64,000 bases of DNA from an uncultured Eubacteriales bacterium (lineage in GTDB: Bacteria > Bacillota > Clostridia > Christensenellales > CAG-917). Under the pieces are notes generated by a model. That model did not search any database and was not told the DNA's origin. It saw only the letters and a list, made by a program, of their open reading frames with translations. The translations under genes and the position numbers were made by a program. This document shows positions 36,068 through 44,688 of the stretch, piece after piece. The DNA lies in NCBI GenBank assembly GCA_900548005.1, contig URIZ01000001.1, positions 93,756 to 157,755 of the forward strand, given 5' to 3'. The first letter of the stretch is position 1. Every line of letters starts with the position of its first letter.

Positions 36068-37897
36068 ATGGTTAGAAACGATTTGAGAAACATTGCAATC
36101 ATCGCTCACGTCGACCACGGCAAAACAACGCTCGTGGACGGCATGCTCAAACAATCGGGTACGTTCAGAGAAAATCAACAGGTGGCAACTTGCGTCATGG
36201 ACTCGGGCGATATAGAAAGGGAAAGGGGCATCACCATTCTCGCAAAAAACACGTCCATACACTACAACGGCACGAAGATAAACATCATCGACACCCCCGG
36301 ACACGCCGATTTCTCGGGCGAAGTGGAGCGCGTGCTCAAGATGGTCAACGGCGTCGTGCTTTTGGTTGACGCACAGGAAGGCCCTATGCCGCAAACTCGT
36401 TTCGTCGTTGAAAAAGCACTTGCTTTGGGACTTAAAATCATCATCGTCGTCAACAAGATCGACAAGCCGGACGCGCGTCTTGACGAAGTGGGCGACGAAG
36501 TGCTTGAACTTCTTCTCGACCTTGACGCAAGCGACGAACAGCTCCAAAGCCCCATCTTGTATTGCAGCGGCAAGCAAGCGACGGCAACCCGTGATTATCA
36601 CGTGCCCGGCACCGATCTCAAACCGCTTTTTGACACCATAATCGACTATATCCCCGCTCCCGAAGGCGACGAAAACGGCGATCTTCAATTGCTTGTGAGC
36701 GCAATCGACTACAACGAGTACGTCGGACGTATCGGCATCGGCCGTATCGAGCGCGGCAAAGTGGATATGGCAAAAGAAGTTGTCGTGTGCGACTATCACA
36801 GCGGCATCTCTCCATACAAGAGCAAGATCGTCAACCTGTTCCAAATCGAAGGTCTCAAAAGAGTGCCTGTCGAGAGCGCAATGGTGGGCGACATCGTGTG
36901 TTTCAGCGGCATCGAGAATATAACGATCGGCAACACCATTTGCTCTCCGCAAAAGATAGATCCCGTGCCTTTCGTCAAGATCGGCGAACCTACGATTGAA
37001 ATGAACTTCTCGGTCAACGACAGTCCGTTTGCAGGCAAGGAAGGCAAGTACGTCACATCTCGCCACCTTCGCGAAAGGCTCTTCAAAGAGCTTCTCAAAG
37101 ACGTGTCGCTCAGAGTGTATCAGACAGAGAGCGCAGACACCTTCAAAGTGTGCGGCAGAGGCGAAATGCACCTTTCCATTCTCATCGAAACAATGCGCAG
37201 AGAAGGATACGAGTTTGGCGTAAGCACCCCCAAGGTCATCTTCAAGGAGATTGACGGCGTAAAGTGCGAGCCTATGGAGAAACTTTTCGTTGACGTGCCA
37301 AGCGAGTGCGTCGGCTCTGTTATGGAGCGTATGGGCACAAGAAAAGGCGAGCTTGTCACAATGACACCATCGGGTAGCCGTATTCGTATGGAATTCAAGA
37401 TCCCCGCTCGCGGACTTTTCGGATTCAAGAACGAGTTCTTGACAGACACCAAGGGCGAAGGCGTCATGAACCAACTTTTTGACGGATATGCGCCGTACAA
37501 AGGGCCGATTCCGCGCAGATTTACAGGCTCTCTCGTTGCATACGAAACAGGCGAGGCGGCGGCATACGGTCTTTTCAACGCCCAAGACCGCGGACAACTT
37601 TTCATCGAGCCGCAAACCATGGTGTACGAAGGCATGGTGGTGGGTATGTCCCCCAAGAACGAAGACATCCGCGTCAACGTCTGCAAGCGCAAACACGTCA
37701 CCAATATGCGTGCGGCAGGCTCTGACGAGGCACTTAGACTCAACACTCCGCGCAAATTCTCTCTCGAAGAGGCAATCGAGTTTCTCAACGACGACGAAAT
37801 GCTCGAAGTCACGCCCAAGAATATCCGTATCAGAAAGAATATTCTCTCCGGTGCAGAACGTTTGAAACTTGCATTCGGCTCAAAATCCAACAACTAA
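36068..37897 (+). CDS. typA: Translational GTPase TypA/BipA
   Basis: IRNIAIIAHVDHGKTTLVDGMLKQSGTF, DTPGHADF, NKIDK, and full-length EF-G-like architecture (609 aa). Confidence 0.95.
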   Translation: MVRNDLRNIAIIAHVDHGKTTLVDGMLKQSGTFRENQQVATCVMDSGDIERERGITILAKNTSIHYNGTKINIIDTPGHADFSGEVERVLKMVNGVVLLVDAQEGPMPQTRFVVEKALALGLKIIIVVNKIDKPDARLDEVGDEVLELLLDLDASDEQLQSPILYCSGKQATATRDYHVPGTDLKPLFDTIIDYIPAPEGDENGDLQLLVSAIDYNEYVGRIGIGRIERGKVDMAKEVVVCDYHSGISPYKSKIVNLFQIEGLKRVPVESAMVGDIVCFSGIENITIGNTICSPQKIDPVPFVKIGEPTIEMNFSVNDSPFAGKEGKYVTSRHLRERLFKELLKDVSLRVYQTESADTFKVCGRGEMHLSILIETMRREGYEFGVSTPKVIFKEIDGVKCEPMEKLFVDVPSECVGSVMERMGTRKGELVTMTPSGSRIRMEFKIPARGLFGFKNEFLTDTKGEGVMNQLFDGYAPYKGPIPRRFTGSLVAYETGEAAAYGLFNAQDRGQLFIEPQTMVYEGMVVGMSPKNEDIRVNVCKRKHVTNMRAAGSDEALRLNTPRKFSLEEAIEFLNDDEMLEVTPKNIRIRKNILSGAERLKLAFGSKSNN

Positions 37898-37978
37898 TCG
37901 CAATTTTCACAGGTGTTACGCTTATTTGCGTGTCGCACTTGCTAGTGTGTCGCACCTGAAAACATAATTGCCAATATA

Positions 37979-38009
37979 CAAAAAACGCACGAAACATCGT
38001 GCGTTTTTC
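37979..38009. terminator. Bidirectional terminator between typA and the convergent gene
   Basis: AAAAAACGCACG-AAACAT-CGTGCGTTTTT, with A-runs and T-runs on both sides. Confidence 0.8.
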
Positions 38010-38071
38010 TTTGTATCGACCTTTGTATCGAGAAGTGTTTTAGTTTTTTGGTTTAGATGCGATTTTGGCAA

Positions 38072-38602
38072 TCACTTGTTGTTCTTGTCGTCAAGGTTGA
38101 TCATGCGGCCGCAAAAGTCGCATCTGACTTCTGTCGGGTTGTCCGATTCCGTCACGCCGCCGCAAAACGGGCATTGTATGGAGAATTTTTGGTCGGCTTT
38201 GGGCGCATAAAATTGCTTGATTTGCGTGCCGTCCACCGTAAAGCCTTTCAGATAGCGTTTGTTTATGCAGAAGTTGACCGCTTCGAGTGCTTCTTCGGGC
38301 TTGATTGCAAGGTGGCGAGCAACGTCGTTTATATCTCTAAATCCTTCTTCGGTCACGGCAAGGATGATGCGTTGATATTTCTTTTGTTGCCCGTATTGAA
38401 TCCACGAAATGGGTGCGCCGTAAAAGCCGAGCACCACGCCTACGATGCCGATTCCGAGCAACACTTTGAACAGTGCGCCTTCTTCCATTCTCGTGCCGCC
38501 CACAACCGCAAGCGCAATGCCCACGGGGAAGCCGATTGTGAGAATTATGCTGACAATCAATTTTGCAGTCAATGTTTTTTTGAGAGAATCTTTCTGTTTC
38601 AT
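38072..38602 (-). CDS. Hypothetical membrane protein with a C-terminal zinc ribbon (176 aa)
   Basis: Three predicted TM helices, a soluble middle segment, and CPFCGG...CDFCG four-Cys pairs. Confidence 0.6.
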   Translation of the reverse strand: MKQKDSLKKTLTAKLIVSIILTIGFPVGIALAVVGGTRMEEGALFKVLLGIGIVGVVLGFYGAPISWIQYGQQKKYQRIILAVTEEGFRDINDVARHLAIKPEEALEAVNFCINKRYLKGFTVDGTQIKQFYAPKADQKFSIQCPFCGGVTESDNPTEVRCDFCGRMINLDDKNNK

Positions 38603-38811
38603 ATCTCAATTTTATGCCAAAATCTCGCCATAGTCAACGATTGAAACGTACAAACATATATGGACGGAAAATTTTTTCGTGTGATTTATCATACACAATG
38701 CACGATATTTGATGTTTTTGCTACAAACGTTAAATTCGGTATTGAAATGAGAACTTTTTTAATGTACTATAATATTATATTTTGATGCGCAAAAGCGCGA
38801 AAGGGAAAATT

Positions 38812-40488
38812 ATGGCAGACTTAACCAAGCAGAAAAAGAAAGGCGCACTTACCGCAAATATGTGGATTTACGCGCTCGGTCTTATGGGCATCAATCTCGG
38901 CATCGGGCTCATAAACAGCTATCAGGCGGAGTTTTTCAACAAAATTCTTCAAGCCGATTTGATGGCGGTTGCGGGCATCATTCTCGCGGCGAAATTCATC
39001 TCGATTGTTGCGGACTTCGTTATCGGCAATCTCATCGACAGAGCCAACTTCAAGGCGGGCAAAATGCGCCCGTGGATACTCTTCTCGGCGTTTCCGCTTG
39101 CGATTCTGACGATGATTTCTTTCGTGTTTATTCCCTTCACGAGCACGGCGGGCAAGTATGTGTACATAATCTTTGTCGTTGTGCTTTGGAACATAAGCAT
39201 GACAATGGCGGACATTCCGTCGCAGGGCATGCTTTCGCTCATCTCAAAGAGCAGTGAAGAAGTCAACAATGCGGCAGGGCTTGGCAATACGCTCAAATCC
39301 ATTGCTCTTGCAGCACCCGGCGTGTTTGTCAGCTTTGTGTGTATTCTCACGGGCAGCGGCGGCGCGGTGGGACAAAAGGAATATCTCATCACAGCAGGCA
39401 TAATGGCGGGACTCGGGCTTATCTTCCAGCTCCTTATGTATTTCAAGTGCAAGGAAGTGGTCAAGTCCAACTCGTCGGCAGGCATGAGTTTCAAGGAGAT
39501 GTTCAGAGAGCTGAAAAACAACAAGATGCTTCTCATCGTTTTCGGCACGTACCTTCTCGGCTTTGGCAGAAACATCGGTCTGGGCATAGCGGTGCAAGCA
39601 ACATGTATTCTCGTGCGTGACGGCATAGACCTTTCCCTCATCGGCATGGGTACGCTCTACGGCGACGCGTGCAGCTGGGCAATCGGCATAACAAGCGCGA
39701 TTTCAAGCATGGTTACGATCGTTCTCAACCCCGTCATCAACAAGAAAATCGGCGAAAAGAAATATTTTATCATCGCAGGCTTCTACGGCTTTATCGTCAC
39801 GCTCGTATCCACGCTTGCGTACGTGTTCTCGCCCGACGGCGGATTTGGCAGGAGCATTTGGGCGATTTGGATCTATCAATTCTTCCTTGGTTTTGCATAC
39901 GGTCCGAACGGATATTTGCCTATGGTTATGACCGCCGACATCGTGGACTATCAGGAGTGGAAGACGGGCAAACGCACCGAAGGCACGCAGTTTGCAATCC
40001 TTTCTATGTCCAACAAGCTCTCAAACGCGCTCTCGGTGTCGCTTGGCATCATGTTTATCGGCGTCATCGGCTACAATGCGGCAACTTATGCCCAAGTTTC
40101 GTCAGTCGGCGTGCAGGGCAGTGCGGAAAATCTTGCGTCCATTGCAAGTTATATCACGCGCGGCATGCAAAACAAAGCGTGGATTATCTATTTCTTGTTG
40201 CCCGGTCTTTGTATGCTTGCAAGCTCGTTGCTTATGTTCTTCTACAAGATTGACGGCAAGACCAAGAAGTTGATGAGAGAAGAGCTTGCCGCAAGACGAG
40301 AAGCGGACAATCCCGCAACGGATACCGCACTCGGCGAAGACGGCGGTGAAAGCGGCGATGAGCAACATGCAAGCGAAGACGATGTTTGCAACGCTCAAAT
40401 CGAGCAAGGGGAAACGCTTGACGAAATCACCGCCGAAAAACTCGACAGAGATCTCGAAACACCGAGCGACAGCGGCAGGGAGAAATAA
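38812..40488 (+). CDS. GPH-family glycoside/cation symporter (second copy) with an acidic C-terminal tail
   Basis: ATG at 38812 follows AAAGGGAAAA. GPH blocks: IVADFVIGNLIDRANFKAGKMRPW and DIVDYQEWKTGKRTEG. Confidence 0.8.
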   Translation: MADLTKQKKKGALTANMWIYALGLMGINLGIGLINSYQAEFFNKILQADLMAVAGIILAAKFISIVADFVIGNLIDRANFKAGKMRPWILFSAFPLAILTMISFVFIPFTSTAGKYVYIIFVVVLWNISMTMADIPSQGMLSLISKSSEEVNNAAGLGNTLKSIALAAPGVFVSFVCILTGSGGAVGQKEYLITAGIMAGLGLIFQLLMYFKCKEVVKSNSSAGMSFKEMFRELKNNKMLLIVFGTYLLGFGRNIGLGIAVQATCILVRDGIDLSLIGMGTLYGDACSWAIGITSAISSMVTIVLNPVINKKIGEKKYFIIAGFYGFIVTLVSTLAYVFSPDGGFGRSIWAIWIYQFFLGFAYGPNGYLPMVMTADIVDYQEWKTGKRTEGTQFAILSMSNKLSNALSVSLGIMFIGVIGYNAATYAQVSSVGVQGSAENLASIASYITRGMQNKAWIIYFLLPGLCMLASSLLMFFYKIDGKTKKLMREELAARREADNPATDTALGEDGGESGDEQHASEDDVCNAQIEQGETLDEITAEKLDRDLETPSDSGREK

Positions 40489-40555
40489 GCGATAAGAACA
40501 ATAAATCTATAATAAAATAGAATAAAACACAATAAAAAACAATAAAAGCACAATC

Positions 40556-40585
40556 AAAAAGACGCTCGTTTTGAGCGTCTTTTTC
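40556..40585. terminator. Bidirectional terminator
   Basis: AAAAAGACGCTC-GTTTT-GAGCGTCTTTTT. Confidence 0.8.
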
Positions 40586-40653
40586 GTTGCATTTTTGTTA
40601 CATCTTTCGTTGCATTTTTCCTTGCTTATCATTCATTTGTGTCACGGCGAAAA

Positions 40654-41571
40654 TCAGTTGATGCGCAAATCTTTGCCGTTCATTTCGATGATTTTTGAGC
40701 GTTGCTTGTGGCTTAGGCGAGAGTAGATGCGCTCGCCGTAGCGCAAGAGTATGCCGTCCGTGTCGAGATTGGTGGTGACAAGCGTTGCGCGCCCTTTTGT
40801 CTGTCTTTCTTCGATGACGAGAAGAAGATATTCCACCGTCACGTTTTTCAGCATCGGCTCTGTGCCGAGATCGTCGATCAGCAGCAAATCGGCGGTGATG
40901 ACGTCGTGGATCAAAGCGTTGCGCTCGGCAATGGGGGACGTGTGTATTTTGAGCATAAGAGCGTTAAACTCATACGCGCTCATGATTTTTGCCGCATATC
41001 CTTTTTCCACAACGGCGCGAGAGATTGCGCTTGCAAGGCAGGTTTTGCCCGTTCCCACGCCGCCCGAAAGCACAATGGTAGAGCAGTCGGATTTGGGAAA
41101 CTTCGCAACGTACTTTTTCATCGCCGCATACAGCGTTGCAAGGTTTGCCTTTTGCGCCTCGTCTTTGACTTTGTCAAGGTCGCAGTCGTCAAACGAGAAC
41201 TTGGCAAGAGAGTCCACGTTGCACTCTTTTTTGAGATTTGCGATATACTCGTCTTTTATGCATTTGCACATCTTGCCTTTCACCACGCCCATGTCGTTGC
41301 ACAGCGGGCAAATGGTATGATATTCAAAGTCGTTTTGATCAAATCCGTACTTTTTCAATGCGTTTTGATATGCTAAACGTGCTTTTTCGACAATTTTGTC
41401 ATGCTCGGCATCATCGCTCGGCGCAAAAGCCAAGCGCGCGTATTCGCTTTGCGCACGCGAAATTTCGTCAATGGAAAGCGCAGCTTGCGCGCGTTGCAAC
41501 GCCGCCTGTTTCGCCCTGTCGATCTTGATCGAACGCTCTTTTTTCGTCTTGTTGAAAACTCTTTTTCTCAT
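40654..41571 (-). CDS. dnaI: Replicative helicase loader (DnaI/DnaC-type AAA+ protein)
   Basis: N-terminal Cys cluster CPLCNDMGVV...CKC, Walker A GGVGTGKTCLA, and Walker B LLIDDLGTE. Directly downstream of a DnaD-domain gene, as in the Bacillus dnaB-dnaI arrangement. Confidence 0.8.
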   Translation of the reverse strand: MRKRVFNKTKKERSIKIDRAKQAALQRAQAALSIDEISRAQSEYARLAFAPSDDAEHDKIVEKARLAYQNALKKYGFDQNDFEYHTICPLCNDMGVVKGKMCKCIKDEYIANLKKECNVDSLAKFSFDDCDLDKVKDEAQKANLATLYAAMKKYVAKFPKSDCSTIVLSGGVGTGKTCLASAISRAVVEKGYAAKIMSAYEFNALMLKIHTSPIAERNALIHDVITADLLLIDDLGTEPMLKNVTVEYLLLVIEERQTKGRATLVTTNLDTDGILLRYGERIYSRLSHKQRSKIIEMNGKDLRIN

Positions 41572-41572
41572 A

Positions 41573-43015
41573 TTACCACTCGATGTCTTTTAGGCTGTCG
41601 ATGCTTGTTATCACCGACTGCAATTCTTCGTGAGAATACTCTCTTTCTTCAAATGTTTTTTCGTGCGATTTGTTGTCGCTCTTTGGCGCAAACTTCTTTG
41701 CTTGTTCAACGCTCGTGACGTTTTGCGACTTAAATTGCGACAACAGTTGATTGATGTAAGGGGTGGGGTAGGTTTTTCCGACCGCTTGCTCTGCCGCATA
41801 CAAAATCACGTCGTCGTCAAAGCCCCAGGTTACGCTCCAGGTGTGGTAGTACTCTCTATCCGTGCCTGTCACCGAGCGAGAGCGTCCTGTCTTTTCGATG
41901 ATCTTCTTAATCTTGCCGTCAAGCGCGATTTGCGTTGAGATATACTCGTCTATGCTGTCCGAGGTCAGCAAGCCTTGTTTGTAGAATTTTTCAACCACGT
42001 TGTTCATGCCCTCAAGCGTTCTTACGTTGCTGACAAAGCAGTTGTGCGCAATCTTTTTGAGTGCGTCGTCTTCAAAACCTTTCGCCGTCCACGGCACGAT
42101 GTACACTTCGATCTCATGTTCAAAGGATTCGTAGTACACGCCCAAGTTTTTGTTGACGGCAATCGCAAGGTCTTTGAGATGCTCGCGATGCGCCTGATAG
42201 TCAAGCATTTCTTCTGACGTGAAGATGGAAAGGCGATAGAAATCATCGAGTTTTTGATCGAGTTTCTTGAAAGTTTTCGTGCCTTTGAGCGTTTTTGCCG
42301 CCGTGAGAACGGCATCAAGCTCGTATCCCCACGATCTTGTCCATTTGAGCAGCATTTGCTTTTCTTCAAGCTCCGCTCCGCCTTTTCTTGCAAGGGCGGC
42401 AAGCACCTTTTGCATATCGCCGGATTGCTTGTCGTATTCGCTAAGTTTGTCTTCAACGTCGCTTGCCGTGCGCACTCCGTCCGCCACCCAGTTGCGAGCA
42501 ACGGTCAGCACGTAGGGGTATCTCACGCTCATGCCTTTGAGATTGATGCAGTATTGCACGATCATAAGCATTGCGTCCTGCTCGATCTTGCTCTCGTCTA
42601 TGAACATGTAGTATTCGTTGTATTCGTTGGGAGTGAGCATGCGCTCGGGGAAGAGCTGTTGCAGATGCACGTTGAAATCGTTCCACTTCTCGCTCTTGTA
42701 TTTTTTCGGAGTTTGCATGGAGCGTTTAAGGCTGAGATATTTCACTTCCAGCGGCTGCTTTGACACGATTTGCACAAGCCCCATATCTTCAAAATAGCCG
42801 TATGCGGACACAATCTCGCTCTCGGTCATATCCAGCCTTGCGCACAGCTCGGCAATCGAGTTGTCGTTTGCGGGATTGGAGCAAAGATACAGCCCGTACA
42901 GATAGACCTTGATCTGCTTTTCGTCACAATAGGGCAGATGCTCGTTGATGAACAGATTGTCCACGAGCGTAAACGTTTCCATAAGAAAGTCGCTTGAAAA
43001 TTTTGCAAAACTCAC
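41573..43015 (-). CDS. DnaD-domain replication initiation/membrane attachment protein (Bacillus DnaB-like)
   Basis: 480 aa with repeated DnaD-like segments (NEYNEYYMFIDE..., LLKWTRSWGYELDAV, YHTWSVTWGFDDDVILYAAE). Operon partner of dnaI. Confidence 0.7.
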   Translation of the reverse strand: MSFAKFSSDFLMETFTLVDNLFINEHLPYCDEKQIKVYLYGLYLCSNPANDNSIAELCARLDMTESEIVSAYGYFEDMGLVQIVSKQPLEVKYLSLKRSMQTPKKYKSEKWNDFNVHLQQLFPERMLTPNEYNEYYMFIDESKIEQDAMLMIVQYCINLKGMSVRYPYVLTVARNWVADGVRTASDVEDKLSEYDKQSGDMQKVLAALARKGGAELEEKQMLLKWTRSWGYELDAVLTAAKTLKGTKTFKKLDQKLDDFYRLSIFTSEEMLDYQAHREHLKDLAIAVNKNLGVYYESFEHEIEVYIVPWTAKGFEDDALKKIAHNCFVSNVRTLEGMNNVVEKFYKQGLLTSDSIDEYISTQIALDGKIKKIIEKTGRSRSVTGTDREYYHTWSVTWGFDDDVILYAAEQAVGKTYPTPYINQLLSQFKSQNVTSVEQAKKFAPKSDNKSHEKTFEEREYSHEELQSVITSIDSLKDIEW

Positions 43016-43200
43016 GATACAAACACTCCTTTATATGTGGAGTTTAATGATAACATACAATTTGAAAAAACATAACCGAAAAAAGCAACAAATTTGTCAA
43101 GGGCAATATATAGTGTGTCATAAAAAATAGAAAACTATTTTAAAAACTCGCCGCGCGCGTGCGATTTGTCCCAAAGATGTGAAAAATCGCATATTTGCCG

Positions 43201-43230
43201 TTGACTTAAAGGACAAAATCCGCATATAAT
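43201..43230 (+). promoter_or_regulatory. Sigma-A-type promoter
   Basis: TTGACT, an 18-nt spacer, then TATAAT, 34 nt upstream of the ATG at 43264. Confidence 0.55.
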
Positions 43231-43263
43231 ATAAGCGAAAATATCACATTTTAGGAGTCAATT

Positions 43264-43734
43264 ATGCATAGATTTGAAGATTTGTCATGCCTTGACACCG
43301 CGCTCAACAGCGGCGCGTTTCTTTGCTCGGGCGACAACATAATGGTTGCAAGCTGGGGTATGATCGGCGTCATGTGGGGTAAGCGTGTGTTTGTCGTGCC
43401 GGTCAGAGAGTCGAGATACACAAAAGAGTTTCTCGACAAGACGGGCGAGTTTACAATCAGCGTGCCCTATCCGCACGAGATGAAGGACGCAATCAAGTTT
43501 TGCGGCACAAAGAGCGGGCGCGAATACGACAAGTGGGCGGAGTGTATGCTTGACAAGGTCAAGGCAAAACACGTGGATTCCTTTGTCGTCGGCGGTTGCC
43601 AAAAATATTTTGAGTGCAAGGTCATAGGCGTCGTGCCTATGGGCGAAGACTTTGACGTGTCAAAGGTTGCCGAGTGGTATCCGCAAGGGGATTTGCACAC
43701 CTTCTATTTTGGAGAGATTGTTGGAGAGTACTGA
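43264..43734 (+). CDS. Flavin reductase-like (FMN-binding split-barrel) family protein
   Basis: SGAFLCSGDNIMVASWGMIGVMWGKRVFVVPVRESRYTKEFLDKTGEFTISVP fits the flavin-reductase-like domain pattern. AGGAG ribosome-binding site. Confidence 0.6.
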   Translation: MHRFEDLSCLDTALNSGAFLCSGDNIMVASWGMIGVMWGKRVFVVPVRESRYTKEFLDKTGEFTISVPYPHEMKDAIKFCGTKSGREYDKWAECMLDKVKAKHVDSFVVGGCQKYFECKVIGVVPMGEDFDVSKVAEWYPQGDLHTFYFGEIVGEY

Positions 43735-44018
43735 TGAAAATTTGGGCAAAAGTCATGGTGGGGGACAAGATCAAAAAGGACGTTATCTATGAAAATGACC
43801 TATCTCTCACACCGAGCAATTTTCAAAAAATGTTGCAGGAGATATCCTACCAAGTGGACGTTGCAACGCCCATAACCTTGCCGTCGCACTTCAAGCATTT
43901 TGAAAAGTTCAATCGAGTCAAATACATTCCGCGCGACTTCATAGAAGAGTGCGACTTCACGTCTTTCGTGCTCGAAAGAGTGATAGAAAACAAAAAGCCG
44001 AAGCAGTACTATATCTGA
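43734..44018 (+). CDS. Hypothetical protein (94 aa)
   Basis: ATGA overlap with the upstream gene, and a terminator follows. No motif recognised. Confidence 0.5.
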   Translation: MKIWAKVMVGDKIKKDVIYENDLSLTPSNFQKMLQEISYQVDVATPITLPSHFKHFEKFNRVKYIPRDFIEECDFTSFVLERVIENKKPKQYYI

Positions 44019-44062
44019 AGTATTACACTGATATTTTACCGCAACAGACAGTTTATGTTGTC

Positions 44063-44091
44063 AAAAAAACGCGTTTCAAACGCGTTTTTTG
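44063..44091 (+). terminator. Rho-independent terminator
   Basis: AAAAAACGCG-TTTCAA-ACGCGTTTTTT. Confidence 0.8.
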
Positions 44092-44162
44092 TCATTTACG
44101 GACAAAATTGACAAATCCCGCGATTTGAGAATACAAGCACGTTTTTGAAAGATACTATCACT

Positions 44163-44687
44163 ATGCAATTAGGAATCGTGAGAAGAATCGACGAGCTCGG
44201 ACGTATCGTCATCCCAAAAGAAATGCGCCGCACTATGCGATTGCAAGTTGGCGACGAGATGGAAATTTGCGCGGATGACGAGTGCATTGTTTTGAAAAGG
44301 CGCAGCGGTTTTCAAAGCGTATTGCCCGTTGTCAAAGGCGTTGCAAAAACGCTTTGTCAATACACCGAGGCGGACGTGTTGTTTGTCGCTTGCTCAAAAG
44401 TGGTCGTGTGCGAGGGCGTCAACAAAAAGCACTATCAGGGCGCGAGCGTAAGCGACAAATTTGTCAAAATCGCAAATGAAAGAAAGACGGTGATTTTGCA
44501 CGGCGGCGTGCTTGACGGCTTGTTTGACGACAGGTCTATGCTTTGCAACTATTGCGTTGTCGAGCCCATCGTTGCGTGCGGTGACGTTGTGGGAGTCGCC
44601 GCGCTTTTGATTGACGGATTGCCAAGCGACGTTGCAAGGGCATACCTGCATTTTTGCGTGGAACTTGTGTCAAAGAGCCTTGAATGA
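44163..44687 (+). CDS. spoVT: Stage V sporulation protein T (AbrB-type N-domain plus GAF-like C-domain)
   Basis: MQLGIVRRIDELGRIVIPKEMRRTMRLQVGDEMEI aligns with B. subtilis SpoVT (MKATGIVRRIDDLGRVVIPKEIRRTLRIREGDPLEI). Length is about 175 aa. yabM and mazG homologues follow, as in Bacillus. Confidence 0.9.
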   Translation: MQLGIVRRIDELGRIVIPKEMRRTMRLQVGDEMEICADDECIVLKRRSGFQSVLPVVKGVAKTLCQYTEADVLFVACSKVVVCEGVNKKHYQGASVSDKFVKIANERKTVILHGGVLDGLFDDRSMLCNYCVVEPIVACGDVVGVAALLIDGLPSDVARAYLHFCVELVSKSLE

Positions 44688-44688
44688 T

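Noticed and set aside
35791-36102. ORF 35791-36102 (-) in the sdaA/typA divergent spacer.
   Set aside because: The region is AT-rich promoter DNA with AACAA-type low complexity. The peptide is hydrophobic noise and overlaps the typA start.
44129-44157. A forespore sigma-G/F-like promoter (GAATA-17 nt-GATACTA) upstream of spoVT.
   Set aside because: The -10-like element ends only 5 nt before the spoVT ATG (44163). This leaves no room for a leader or ribosome-binding site, and the first base of the -10 deviates from the consensus C. The match is probably fortuitous, and the real promoter was not identified.
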